From an uncultured Dehalococcoidia bacterium (GTDB lineage: Bacteria > Chloroflexota > Dehalococcoidia > Lucifugimonadales > CAZENU01): a stretch of 59,653 bases of DNA. Under the pieces are notes generated by a model, which saw only the letters and a program-made list of their open reading frames with translations, did no database searches and was not told where the DNA came from. Shown here piece after piece: positions 19,589 through 28,482 of the stretch (position 1 is its first letter; each line of letters starts with the position of its first letter). The stretch covers positions 1-59,653 of the forward strand of contig CAZENU010000007.1 of assembly GCA_964513735.1 (NCBI GenBank). The letters run 5' to 3'. Made by a program: the position numbers and the translations under genes.

Positions 19589-19818
19589 TGCTCAATCTCC
19601 TTCAGTTTCCTGTCCTCGTTGGCCTGGAGCCGTTGGATGACTACGACGACAAGCAGCGCTATCACTCCCGCCACCACTGCCGGCAACGCTACCTTGATGG
19701 GCAGCGCTATGTCGTCCGAGCCGAAAAAATCTCGGGAAGCGTAGAAGATACCATAGGCCGCTACCAGCCCTCCTCCGCCGACGATGGCGATACCGGCCAC
19801 CCACTGCACGATTCTCAT
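19585..19818 (-). CDS. Small two-TM membrane protein coupled to the YbjQ gene
   Basis: Two hydrophobic segments; stop overlaps the YbjQ start; GGGAG ribosome-binding site. Confidence 0.75.
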   Translation of the reverse strand: MRIVQWVAGIAIVGGGGLVAAYGIFYASRDFFGSDDIALPIKVALPAVVAGVIALLVVVVIQRLQANEDRKLKEIEH

Positions 19819-19880
19819 CGCAGCTCCCTTCCGGCTACAACCTTGCGGACTCGACCGCTGGCGACCGGCCCCGTACCTGG

Positions 19881-20795
19881 TTAGAGGCGGTACTTCTCGG
19901 CAAGCACACGCTGCGCCGACGAGTACTCCATCCCCTCAGGCAGCGGCATCAACCCGCCGACCACCTCGCCGCGGCGGGTCATCATGTCGGCCGAGGCGAG
20001 GGCCACTCGGTCGAGCTCCGCGTCGGTGATCGGCAGTGTGTGCAGCACCATCGGCTGGAACCGCTGGAACTGCTCCGCGTAGGCGGTCATCGCCTTCTGG
20101 CCCCAGCTTCCGTCCTCGGTCTCGGCGCGCTTACGGGCGTAGGGGCCGCCGTAGAACTGGGTCGAGATCTCGTCCAGCGCCTTCACCTTCTTGTCGATGA
20201 CGTCGGTGATGTCCACGTACAGGTCCGTCCGGCCCGTTCCGGCGTACTCCAGGCTGTTGTTGCCCACGTACGACTGGGGGTTCATGAAGTAGATGACCGG
20301 CACGCTGTGTCCCTCCTGCCGGCCGCGGCCCGCGCCGGAGGCAATCTGTGACGCCAGCACGGTGCACTGACCAATGGTGGCATGCATCTTGAGCCCGCCC
20401 GTCTCGTAGGGATGATGGGAGATCACGATGTCAGGCTTGAGCTCACGGATCGCGTCCGCGATGGCGTTGATCTTGTCCTGGGTGACCAGGATGTCGTCGT
20501 CCTCAAACCCAAGGTCGCGAATGTCCTCGAAGCCGAGGATCCGGCAGGCTCTGCGGACCTCTTCGAGCTTCTCCTTGACCGCCTCCTGGACCATCTCCTC
20601 CATGTCCATGTCGGCACCGCCGGCCCGCTTCTGGTCGGCCAGCTTCCAGTGGTGCGACCGAACTCCCGTCGTGGCGATGATGGCGGTCACTGAGTCGCCC
20701 TGGGCCACGTGGTGGGCCAGGGTGCCTCCCGCCTGGTCGAAGGCGTCGGCGGGGTGGGTGGCGACGATCATCAGGTGGATGTTGCGACTGGGCAT
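19881..20795 (-). CDS. PIG-L/LmbE family metalloenzyme with variant motif
   Basis: IVATHPADAFDQAGGTLA, IRELKPDIVISH and YVDITDVIDKK..AL. Confidence 0.85.
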   Translation of the reverse strand: MPSRNIHLMIVATHPADAFDQAGGTLAHHVAQGDSVTAIIATTGVRSHHWKLADQKRAGGADMDMEEMVQEAVKEKLEEVRRACRILGFEDIRDLGFEDDDILVTQDKINAIADAIRELKPDIVISHHPYETGGLKMHATIGQCTVLASQIASGAGRGRQEGHSVPVIYFMNPQSYVGNNSLEYAGTGRTDLYVDITDVIDKKVKALDEISTQFYGGPYARKRAETEDGSWGQKAMTAYAEQFQRFQPMVLHTLPITDAELDRVALASADMMTRRGEVVGGLMPLPEGMEYSSAQRVLAEKYRL

Positions 20796-20910
20796 TCGTG
20801 AGGCTCCTGTTTTCTGATTTGGACGGCGGTGGCCGCCCGTGCGGACTCAGACCAGGCTAAGTATACTCCCAGGGACGCCCATCATGGGAAGCCTTAGACA
20901 AGGAGAATCC

Positions 20911-21553
20911 ATGATCGACCTGTAATACGAGCTCGTGCCCGCGGAGAGGAAGATTGACGGCACCTACCTGCACGGCGAACCGTTCTACGGCCGCGGTGTC
21001 GAGATCCAGGAGTCCATTGCCTTCGGCGCCCGCATGCACCATATCCAGAGTGAGACACAGAACGGCACCCACGTCGAAGCCCCGTACAAGTTACTCGGAG
21101 ACCGGGACCGATCCCGCGTCCATGCCGCTGGAGACCTGCCTCGGCGAGGCGGCCGCGTGCGACTTTACCAACAAGAGCGCCGGCGAGCCTATCACCCCCG
21201 ACGACCTGGCGGGCGTAGAGGTCCGGACGGGGGACATCGTGCTAGCATGGGGAAGCGAGCGACACGCGGACGACCCGCCGTATCTGACGTCGGAGGCGGT
21301 GGACTGGCTGATCAACACACGAATTAAGGCGATAGGCATTAACGACCTTCGGCACTCGCCGCCCGGCACGCCCTTCGGCCAGGAGGACTCCGACACGAGA
21401 CTCCTCCTGGCCGGCGTCGGCTACATAGACGCGCTCCTGGGCCTTAGCCGTATTACCCGGCCGCGGGTGTTCTTTATCGGCCTGCCTGTCAAGATCCAAC
21501 GTGTGACCGCCGCATGGACACGCGCCATCGTCCTCGAGGAGATAGCAAGCTAG
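20911..21553 (+). pseudogene. Cyclase/kynurenine-formamidase family gene with a nonsense codon and a frameshift
   Basis: AGGAG, then ATG 20911 MIDL*YEL (TAA at codon 5) and NGTHVEAP; +1 shift near 21091 into the frame ending LPVKI...WTRAIVLEE. Confidence 0.8.
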
Positions 21554-21559
21554 GCAGCG

Positions 21560-23806
21560 ATGGAATTCGCGACCGATGTCGAGAAAAGGGCGTACAAACA
21601 GGTCGGTCAGCGGCCCGTCAGGCACGACGGCGTGGACAAGGTGACCGGCCGTGCCAGGTTCGGCGCAGACATCATGCTGCCCGGGTTGCTGTACGCGAAG
21701 GTGCTGCGCAGTCCACACGCCCACGGGCGCCTGCTGTCAGTCGACACAAGTCGCGCCGAGGCCCATCCCGACGTGCGTGCGGTGGTCACGTCGGCCGACC
21801 TCCCGGCACGAGGAGCTGAGGCCGACGCCGAGTTGGGCTACCTGCGCGACACGACGCTAGCCCGGGGCAAGGTGCTGTTCGCCGGCCACGGGATCGCCGC
21901 GGTGGCCGCGGCCAGCCCTCACGTCGCCGAGGAAGCGCTCGGACTTATCGATGTCGAGTACGACGTGCTTCCAGCGGTCACCAACGTCGAGGCCGCAATG
22001 AGCCCCGACGCCCCGGTACTCCACGACGGTCTGGGCGTCGATGGCAGGCCTGGCCCGAACCTGTGTTCCCACGACATGCATAACCTGGGCGACGTCGAGG
22101 AAGGATTCGCCGAGGCCGACCTGGTCCTCAAGCGGGAGTTTCGGACCTCGACCGTGCATCAGGGCTACATAGAGCCCCAGACCGGCACGGCCGCGTGGAG
22201 CGGCGACGGCCGGCTCACCATTTGGTGCAGCAGCCAGGGCCACTTCCGTATCCGCGAAGAGGTCGCCCAGATTCTGGACCTGTCGGTCTCCCGAATCAAG
22301 GTCGTGCCGATGGAGATCGGTGGCGGCTTCGGCGGAAAGCTTCAAGCCTTCGTCGAGCCCATCGGCGCGCTGCTGTCTCAGAAGGCGGGCAGGCCGGTGA
22401 AGCTCACCATGACCCGGGCCGAGGTGCTCGCGGCGACGGGTCCGACCTACGGCTCTTACGTTCGCGTGAAAATGGGTGCCACGAACGATGGCCGATTCAC
22501 CGCGGCGACGTGCCACCTCGTTTACGAGTCAGGCGCCTACCCGACACGCGACGGTGCGGCCCAGTCGGGGGTGGTGTTCACGCCATATGACATCCCCAAC
22601 CAGCTCGGCGAGGGCTTCGACGTCGTCACTAATAAGCCGACGGTTGGCGCGTACCGGGCGCCCGGCGCACCGATGGTGGCACTAGCCGCCGAGACCGTGA
22701 TCGATGAGATGAGCGAGACGCTGGGGATTGACCCGGTCGAGTTCCGCCTGCTCAACGCCGCCTCCGCGACCAGCCGAAAGACCAACGGCACGCCGTACGG
22801 ACACATGGGCCTCAAGGAGACGCTGGAGGCCGTTCGCTCCCACCCACACTACTCGGCGCCGCTGGCCGGCGAGAACGCGGGAAGGGGCGTGGCCATCGGC
22901 TTCTGGGGCAACGGCGCCGGGCCGACCACGGTCGTCGCCAGCGTCGTCGCCGACGGCACGGTGAACCTGCTACTGGGCTCGGTGGACATTGGCGGTCTGA
23001 GGACCGTGATGGCGCAGCAGTTCGCCGAGACCCTGGACATCCCCGTGGAGGACGTCAACCCGCATATCGGCGACACCGACACCATCGGATATACGGGCAC
23101 AACCAGCGGCAGCAGCACCGCCTTCAAGACCGGCTGGTCTGCCTACGAAGCGGCGATGGACATCCAGCGTCAGCTTGTAGACCGCGCCGCCCTGATGTGG
23201 GATACGTCGCCGGATGAGGTCGAGTACACGGACGGTATTTTGCGCCACAGGGTCCAGCCTGATCTGAAACTGACGTTCAAGGAAGCGGCCGCGATGCTCA
23301 CCGAGACAGGCGGGCCTATCGGTGGCCGGGCCAATCTGATCGCCCGAGGCCAGGCGCCCGCGATATCGGCCAACATCGTGGACGTCGATGTAGACCCCGA
23401 GACGGGCAAGGTACAGATACTACGCTTCACGGCGTTCCAGGACGCCGGCACCGCGGTCCACCCCAGCTACGTAGAGGGTCAGATCCAGGGCAGCGCTGCT
23501 CAGGGTGTCGGCTGGGCGCTCAACGAAGAGTACTTTATGAGCGAGTCGGGAAAGATCCTCAACGACAGCCTGCTGGACTACCGGATGCCGACGGCCCTCG
23601 ACCTTCCGCCTATAGAGGCTGTGGTCTTGGAGGTGCCCAACGAAGGCCATCCCTTCGGCGTGAGAGGCGTCGGCGAGGCAGGCCTCATCCCTCCGCTGCC
23701 GGCCATCGCCAACGCCATCTACGACGCCGTCGGCATCCGAATGCGTAAGCTTCCGATGAACCCCGCCTCGGTCCTAAAGGCGATACAAGCGAAGGCCGCG
23801 TCGTAG
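21560..23806 (+). CDS. Xanthine dehydrogenase family molybdopterin-binding large subunit, paralogue 1
   Basis: DKVTG, LRSPHAH, GGGFGGK, AYRAPG, VEGQIQG, DYRMPT and RGVGE motifs. Confidence 0.93.
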   Translation: MEFATDVEKRAYKQVGQRPVRHDGVDKVTGRARFGADIMLPGLLYAKVLRSPHAHGRLLSVDTSRAEAHPDVRAVVTSADLPARGAEADAELGYLRDTTLARGKVLFAGHGIAAVAAASPHVAEEALGLIDVEYDVLPAVTNVEAAMSPDAPVLHDGLGVDGRPGPNLCSHDMHNLGDVEEGFAEADLVLKREFRTSTVHQGYIEPQTGTAAWSGDGRLTIWCSSQGHFRIREEVAQILDLSVSRIKVVPMEIGGGFGGKLQAFVEPIGALLSQKAGRPVKLTMTRAEVLAATGPTYGSYVRVKMGATNDGRFTAATCHLVYESGAYPTRDGAAQSGVVFTPYDIPNQLGEGFDVVTNKPTVGAYRAPGAPMVALAAETVIDEMSETLGIDPVEFRLLNAASATSRKTNGTPYGHMGLKETLEAVRSHPHYSAPLAGENAGRGVAIGFWGNGAGPTTVVASVVADGTVNLLLGSVDIGGLRTVMAQQFAETLDIPVEDVNPHIGDTDTIGYTGTTSGSSTAFKTGWSAYEAAMDIQRQLVDRAALMWDTSPDEVEYTDGILRHRVQPDLKLTFKEAAAMLTETGGPIGGRANLIARGQAPAISANIVDVDVDPETGKVQILRFTAFQDAGTAVHPSYVEGQIQGSAAQGVGWALNEEYFMSESGKILNDSLLDYRMPTALDLPPIEAVVLEVPNEGHPFGVRGVGEAGLIPPLPAIANAIYDAVGIRMRKLPMNPASVLKAIQAKAAS

Positions 23807-23985
23807 GCTCGTCAGCGTATCCTCCCTCCCTCGGCGAAGGGAGTTAGAGCAAGGGGGGCCGTCTCGTCCGCGGTGCGTCAGAAACAGCGCACGCACCTCA
23901 CCCGGCCCCGTTCCGTCAATTAGGGAGAAGGGCACGAGGCATCCCCGTTCCCGCCCCATCGGAATTCGAGGGACCGAAAGACCGA

Positions 23986-24408
23986 TTAGTAGCCGGCGTC
24001 GGCGCACGCGTTCGCCAGGTCAGCGAGGGGCTGCTCGAGCCCCTCCAGCGTCGTCGGGCGATCGGTCGCCCTTAGCAGGGCGTCCACTGTCTCGGTGATC
24101 AGTGGCTCGGCATTGTTGACGAATAGCGACATCTGAATGACCATCAGCCTGATGCGAGGGCCTGCACCGGCGTCGGCGAACGCCCCCGCAGCGATGCCCT
24201 CCTCCAGCTCATGGAAGACCTCGCAGCCCTTGTCGCCGCCTCTGTGAGAGGCCACCACATTCTCGCGTTCGACCCTGGTCGGCCACGGCGTCGGCGTGGT
24301 CGCTGAGCCCTCAGCGGCGTCCGACGCCGCGGGAGCAGCTTCGTAGTCGCTTGAGCAAGCGGTGAGCAGGGCCAGTAGTACGGCTGCCAGTAGAATAGTC
24401 GTCTTCAA
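23986..24408 (-). CDS. Hypothetical lipoprotein
   Basis: TTG start, LKTTILLAAVLLALLTAC lipobox, Ala/Thr/Pro linker and two Cys. Confidence 0.65.
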   Translation of the reverse strand: MKTTILLAAVLLALLTACSSDYEAAPAASDAAEGSATTPTPWPTRVERENVVASHRGGDKGCEVFHELEEGIAAGAFADAGAGPRIRLMVIQMSLFVNNAEPLITETVDALLRATDRPTTLEGLEQPLADLANACADAGY

Positions 24409-24481
24409 AGGTTCAATTGCCTCGTAGTTGGCTGGAGCGCGAGCATGGCACCTCTGCAAATCAGTCGAGGCCCCGGTGAGT

Positions 24482-25876
24482 CTACCTCGGGTTGTCAAGC
24501 ACGTGGCCGATGGCGCTCAGGATGGCGCTGACGGCGATGCTCTTCTGGGCTGCCTTGGTGGTGCCGGGACCCTTAGTGACCTCAATCAGGAACGCCGCCG
24601 GCCGGTTACGGCCGTAAAAGTGTATGAAATCGGTGATGTTCGGCGGCCAGTCCAGCCGGTTGATGAGGCTCCGCTTGACGAAGTGTAGACCCGTCTCGTG
24701 CCCGTCCTCCTCCATCCGGGTCGCAATTGCATGAGCATAGGCGAGGCCGGCCTGGTCGTAGCCTGCCAGGCCCTGCTCGCGAATATGGATCTGGCCGTAG
24801 TCGCCGCCAGTAGTCATCTGGTGCAGGTCTACCGCCGCCGTGAAATTGTGGCGGTCCAGCATCGTCTTGACGATCCGCCCCTGCACGCAGTTGTAGCCAG
24901 GCTCGCGCTCCGGGTGTGCGACGATCTTGGGCAGCTCGGCCGGGTCCACCGGGTTGGCCAGGGGCACAAACGGCAGCATGGCAAAGAACGGCTCGATGAA
25001 CGTGTCCTCGTCGATCTGTTCGTATCGCAGCGCGATGGGGTAGGCGGGGTCGAGCTCCTGCTCGCCACGACACAATAAGGACGGCGACTCGTGCCACTGG
25101 TGCGGCTCAGCGGCCAGCTTGCCGTAGATGAACCGGTTCATCTGCTCCTTGTCGTAGTGCTCGCACCAGTACTGAACAGGGCTGCGTTCGCGTCCGCTGG
25201 CGTTGCCGATGGGGATGAAGACGATCAGCAGCTCGCGCAGTATTCGTTCAGTGTTCAGTGAGGTCGACGCGCCTTCCTGAGTCGCGCCGGTGAGAAGCTG
25301 GTTGATCGTGTCCATCGCCGCGGCGGTACCGCCCGGCTCATGGGCGTGGGACTGGGTGAACATCAGCTTGCGCTTTGCGTAGTCCGGGACGCTCCTGTCG
25401 GTCACGGTGACGGCGTAGGTACGATACCCCTCGTAGGTCGTGAACATCTCCAGCGCGATCCGCTCCGGAAACTCGGTCGTCCACCGGAGTAGCTGCCGCT
25501 CGACGTGGTCGTTGCGAACGATCCAGGTGCTGTCCTCGGTAAAGTAGCTGAGGTAGGCGACTCGATTCGCATGGCCCGGCATGTGCGCGGTCACCTGCAG
25601 TGTGTCGCGCTTGCCGTCGGCATCCGGAGGGATGTCCACGAGACCGATGTAACCGCCGGCGTCACGCTCGGCCATGTTGATTGGCAGGCACTTCGCGCTG
25701 CCCGTGATCGTCACCGTCGCGCCCACGAGCAGCCGTTCGTCGCCGTCCGTATAAACCGCCTCGATCTCGTGGGCCCCGGGCGCCACCGTGTTCAGTTCAC
25801 TGACCACCAGCGATGTCGCGGGGAGCGGTTCCGACACACCGCCATCAACTGCGATCAGTCCGCCAACTTCGGCCAT
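24482..25876 (-). CDS. M14 zinc carboxypeptidase-like protein
   Basis: SHAHEP (HxxE), IPIGNASGRE, VDLHQ and LIEV. Confidence 0.75.
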   Translation of the reverse strand: MAEVGGLIAVDGGVSEPLPATSLVVSELNTVAPGAHEIEAVYTDGDERLLVGATVTITGSAKCLPINMAERDAGGYIGLVDIPPDADGKRDTLQVTAHMPGHANRVAYLSYFTEDSTWIVRNDHVERQLLRWTTEFPERIALEMFTTYEGYRTYAVTVTDRSVPDYAKRKLMFTQSHAHEPGGTAAAMDTINQLLTGATQEGASTSLNTERILRELLIVFIPIGNASGRERSPVQYWCEHYDKEQMNRFIYGKLAAEPHQWHESPSLLCRGEQELDPAYPIALRYEQIDEDTFIEPFFAMLPFVPLANPVDPAELPKIVAHPEREPGYNCVQGRIVKTMLDRHNFTAAVDLHQMTTGGDYGQIHIREQGLAGYDQAGLAYAHAIATRMEEDGHETGLHFVKRSLINRLDWPPNITDFIHFYGRNRPAAFLIEVTKGPGTTKAAQKSIAVSAILSAIGHVLDNPR

Positions 25877-25986
25877 CTCTCCTCCGAGCTCACCCCACGG
25901 CGCAGTCCTGGCTACGGCTATCGAGATGTAAGGCGATGTTATGTCAGACGGTAAAGTCCTCGCGCCCCATATCCATACCCCAGCCC

Positions 25987-27174
25987 CTAGTCTCCCGTCG
26001 GCACCTCGACCCGCCTTCCGGTGGCCGCCGACAGATAGGCCGCGTAGCTCACGGCGACCACGTCTCGTCCCAGGAAGCTCCCGGACACCGGCTCCCGGTC
26101 CTCAATCACCGCCTCGCAAAAATCCTGCGCCTCGTTGGGGAAGCCGTTCATCCAGTCCTCGTCGGGGTTGGTGAACTGCCAGCCTGCTTTGGTTTCGACC
26201 TTCTCGCGGATGTACTCGTCGCCGAAGACGGAGTCGTCCGTCGCGTACGCGAGCACGGCGTCGTTGGGGTTGATGTTGATGTGAAGCGTCGCTTTCCCGG
26301 CGTACACGGTCAACAGGTTCTGGATGCCGCCCACGACGGTGTCGGCGGCGCTGATCTGCGCCACGGTACCGTCATCGAACCCGACAACCATCGTGCCCCA
26401 GTCCTCGCAGTCGGTCCAGCCGGTGCGGATGACGTGCTCCACCTCACTGGCGAACGCTTCGCTTCGGGTAAGATTGGCGACGGTGGCGACGACCCACGAC
26501 GGCCGGACGCGCATGTCCTGGCGTCGCAGTCCTTCCTCGTACTTCAGGTACAATGCGGCGCCGAGGGAGTGGCAGGCCTTGTTGACCAGGCTGCCGCCAC
26601 CACTGGTCTTCCAACTCATCGCGTAGGGCGAGTGAGTCCCGCTGTGGGACTCCTCTCCGACGATCCGTAGCACGGGCGTGCCGGCGGCGGCGAGAAGAGT
26701 GTTGGCCTTCTGTACACCTGGCGCATACACAAGGTTCTCTGCGTACATGATCCGGCGTCCCGACTTTTTCTCTGCGGCGATCATGCGGTCTGCGCTGGTC
26801 ATGGCGTCGTCCAGAGTGCGCTGCCAGCCGTCCGCGCTGTCGCCCGGCGTGAACGAGCCGGTGAACGGTTTCTCGATTGACACGTGTTTGCCGGCTCGCA
26901 GAACCGTGGTCGCGAACTCCTCGTGGAACCGGTTAGGCACGCACGCGTCTACCAGATCGACCTCGGGATCGGCCAGCAGCGCATCCATGTCCGTGTAGGT
27001 CCGCCGGAAGCCGTGCTTAGCGGCGAAGCTATCGGCCACGTCGGGGCGGCGTCCATATACGCCGACCAGCTCGGCGTTGACGCCGTGGACCCGCTTGTAC
27101 GCGTCGGCGTGAAAAGCAGCCGCAAACCCGCAGCCTACAACAGCGACTCCAACGGAGCTGGCTTGGCTGTCCAC
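25987..27174 (-). CDS. Gfo/Idh/MocA family oxidoreductase
   Basis: VAVVGCGFAA, AGKHVSIEKP and SGGGSL..KACH; GTG start after GGAGG. Confidence 0.92.
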   Translation of the reverse strand: MDSQASSVGVAVVGCGFAAAFHADAYKRVHGVNAELVGVYGRRPDVADSFAAKHGFRRTYTDMDALLADPEVDLVDACVPNRFHEEFATTVLRAGKHVSIEKPFTGSFTPGDSADGWQRTLDDAMTSADRMIAAEKKSGRRIMYAENLVYAPGVQKANTLLAAAGTPVLRIVGEESHSGTHSPYAMSWKTSGGGSLVNKACHSLGAALYLKYEEGLRRQDMRVRPSWVVATVANLTRSEAFASEVEHVIRTGWTDCEDWGTMVVGFDDGTVAQISAADTVVGGIQNLLTVYAGKATLHININPNDAVLAYATDDSVFGDEYIREKVETKAGWQFTNPDEDWMNGFPNEAQDFCEAVIEDREPVSGSFLGRDVVAVSYAAYLSAATGRRVEVPTGD

Positions 27175-27291
27175 ATGTTGCCTCCGAGTGGTTGGGTGGA
27201 CTTGAAGGGTAGCACCTGTCTTCGGGGCCGTCCAACCTGTTGTTGTGGTACCCTTCACCGCGTTCTCACCAATCTGATCAGGCCCTATCAA

Positions 27292-28458
27292 ATGTCCGAT
27301 TCAGCCATCACCATCACCGTTGTCGGCACAGGCCACGATATCGATGCCACGCCGGTGAGCGTGCACCTCGACTCAACCTTCGAAACTACGCCCACGACGA
27401 TGACGGAGCTCCAGTCCGGACGCACGGTGCCTTGCCAGTTGGGAGCCGATGACCTCGGCAGCGTTCTCACCTGGATAGAGCGCGTCCTGAGGGCAGGCGA
27501 GAGCCGTCGCTATCGCCTCTACACATCGTCCCCTCCGCCGGTGGACCTAGGCGATCGTGTGGAGCTGGTCGAGGGCTCCGATCGGCTCGATGTGCTGTTC
27601 GACAGCGAGCTATTCACCAGCTACCGCCTGGGCGGAGATGGTGCCCACCGGCCTTACTTCCACCCCGTGTTGGGTCCGCACGGTGAGCAGGTGACGCGGA
27701 GCTTTCCGATGGTCACCGGCGTACCGGGCGAGACAACCGACCACCCGCACCACCGAGGCATCTGGTCGGCCCACGGAGCGGTCAACTCGGTGGACAATTG
27801 GCTGGAGGCTGACGGCGCAGGCTACACTATCCACTGCGGGTTCCAAACGTTGAACTACGGTCCAGTTTACGGTCGCGCTGTAGCTGTCGCTGACTGGCTG
27901 ACGTCGGACAGGGAAACCGTGCTCCTACGAGAGACGCGCGACATGAGCTTCTACGACCTCGGTCAGTCGCGGATCATAGACGTCGACCTGACGCTGACGG
28001 CCGGGAATGTGGACGTGCTGTTCGGGGACACCAAAGAGGCCGGTACGATCGCGCTGAGGGTCGCCAGCACAATAGATGAGGTCCGCGGCGGCCGGGTCGA
28101 AAACGCTGAAGGCGCCGTCGGCGAGGCCGACGTCTTCGGACGGCGCTCGCCATGGTGCGACTACTCCGGTCCGGTCAGCGGCAGGACCGTGGGAGTCGCG
28201 CTGTTCGACCACGACGAAAACTTCAGACACCCCACTAACTGGCACGCCCGGGATTACGGGCTGCTCGGGGCAAATCCCTTCGGTCGGTCGGTCTACGAAG
28301 GCCCCGACCACAACGGCGACCACAAGCTTCCGGCTCGCAAGTCACTCAAGTTCAAACACCGTGTCTATATCCATGAAGGTGACGCCACCGAAGCACGAGT
28401 CGCCGAGCGATTCCGCGATTACGTCGATCCGCCCAGGACCCACGTGGAGCAGCGATAG
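27292..28458 (+). CDS. 'PmoA family' (PF14100-like) beta-sandwich protein; not a methane monooxygenase
   Basis: RPYFHPV, DHPHHRGIW, FGDTKE, WCDYSG and HPTNWHARDYGL.ANPFG; no TM helices. Confidence 0.8.
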   Translation: MSDSAITITVVGTGHDIDATPVSVHLDSTFETTPTTMTELQSGRTVPCQLGADDLGSVLTWIERVLRAGESRRYRLYTSSPPPVDLGDRVELVEGSDRLDVLFDSELFTSYRLGGDGAHRPYFHPVLGPHGEQVTRSFPMVTGVPGETTDHPHHRGIWSAHGAVNSVDNWLEADGAGYTIHCGFQTLNYGPVYGRAVAVADWLTSDRETVLLRETRDMSFYDLGQSRIIDVDLTLTAGNVDVLFGDTKEAGTIALRVASTIDEVRGGRVENAEGAVGEADVFGRRSPWCDYSGPVSGRTVGVALFDHDENFRHPTNWHARDYGLLGANPFGRSVYEGPDHNGDHKLPARKSLKFKHRVYIHEGDATEARVAERFRDYVDPPRTHVEQR

Positions 28459-28482
28459 CCCGAACGAAATCTGGAGAAAAGT

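Noticed and set aside
17403-21553. Selenocysteine, pyrrolysine or stop-codon recoding at in-frame stops (MerR TGA, cyclase TAA; also TAG at 53445)
   Set aside because: The stops are not at Cys/Lys-equivalent positions and co-occur with frameshifts or truncations. All three stop codons terminate intact genes normally.
21560-23806. Aerobic CO dehydrogenase CoxL (also 36901..39132)
   Set aside because: Lacks the AYxCSFR/AYxGAGR loop, and no coxM or coxS is adjacent.
23821-23858. CCCTCCCT...AGGGAG hairpin as a further repeat family
   Set aside because: Too degenerate, with only loose similarity to 6831-6890.
27292-28458. Particulate methane monooxygenase subunit
   Set aside because: Soluble protein with no TM helices and no pmoB or pmoC; the family name is misleading.
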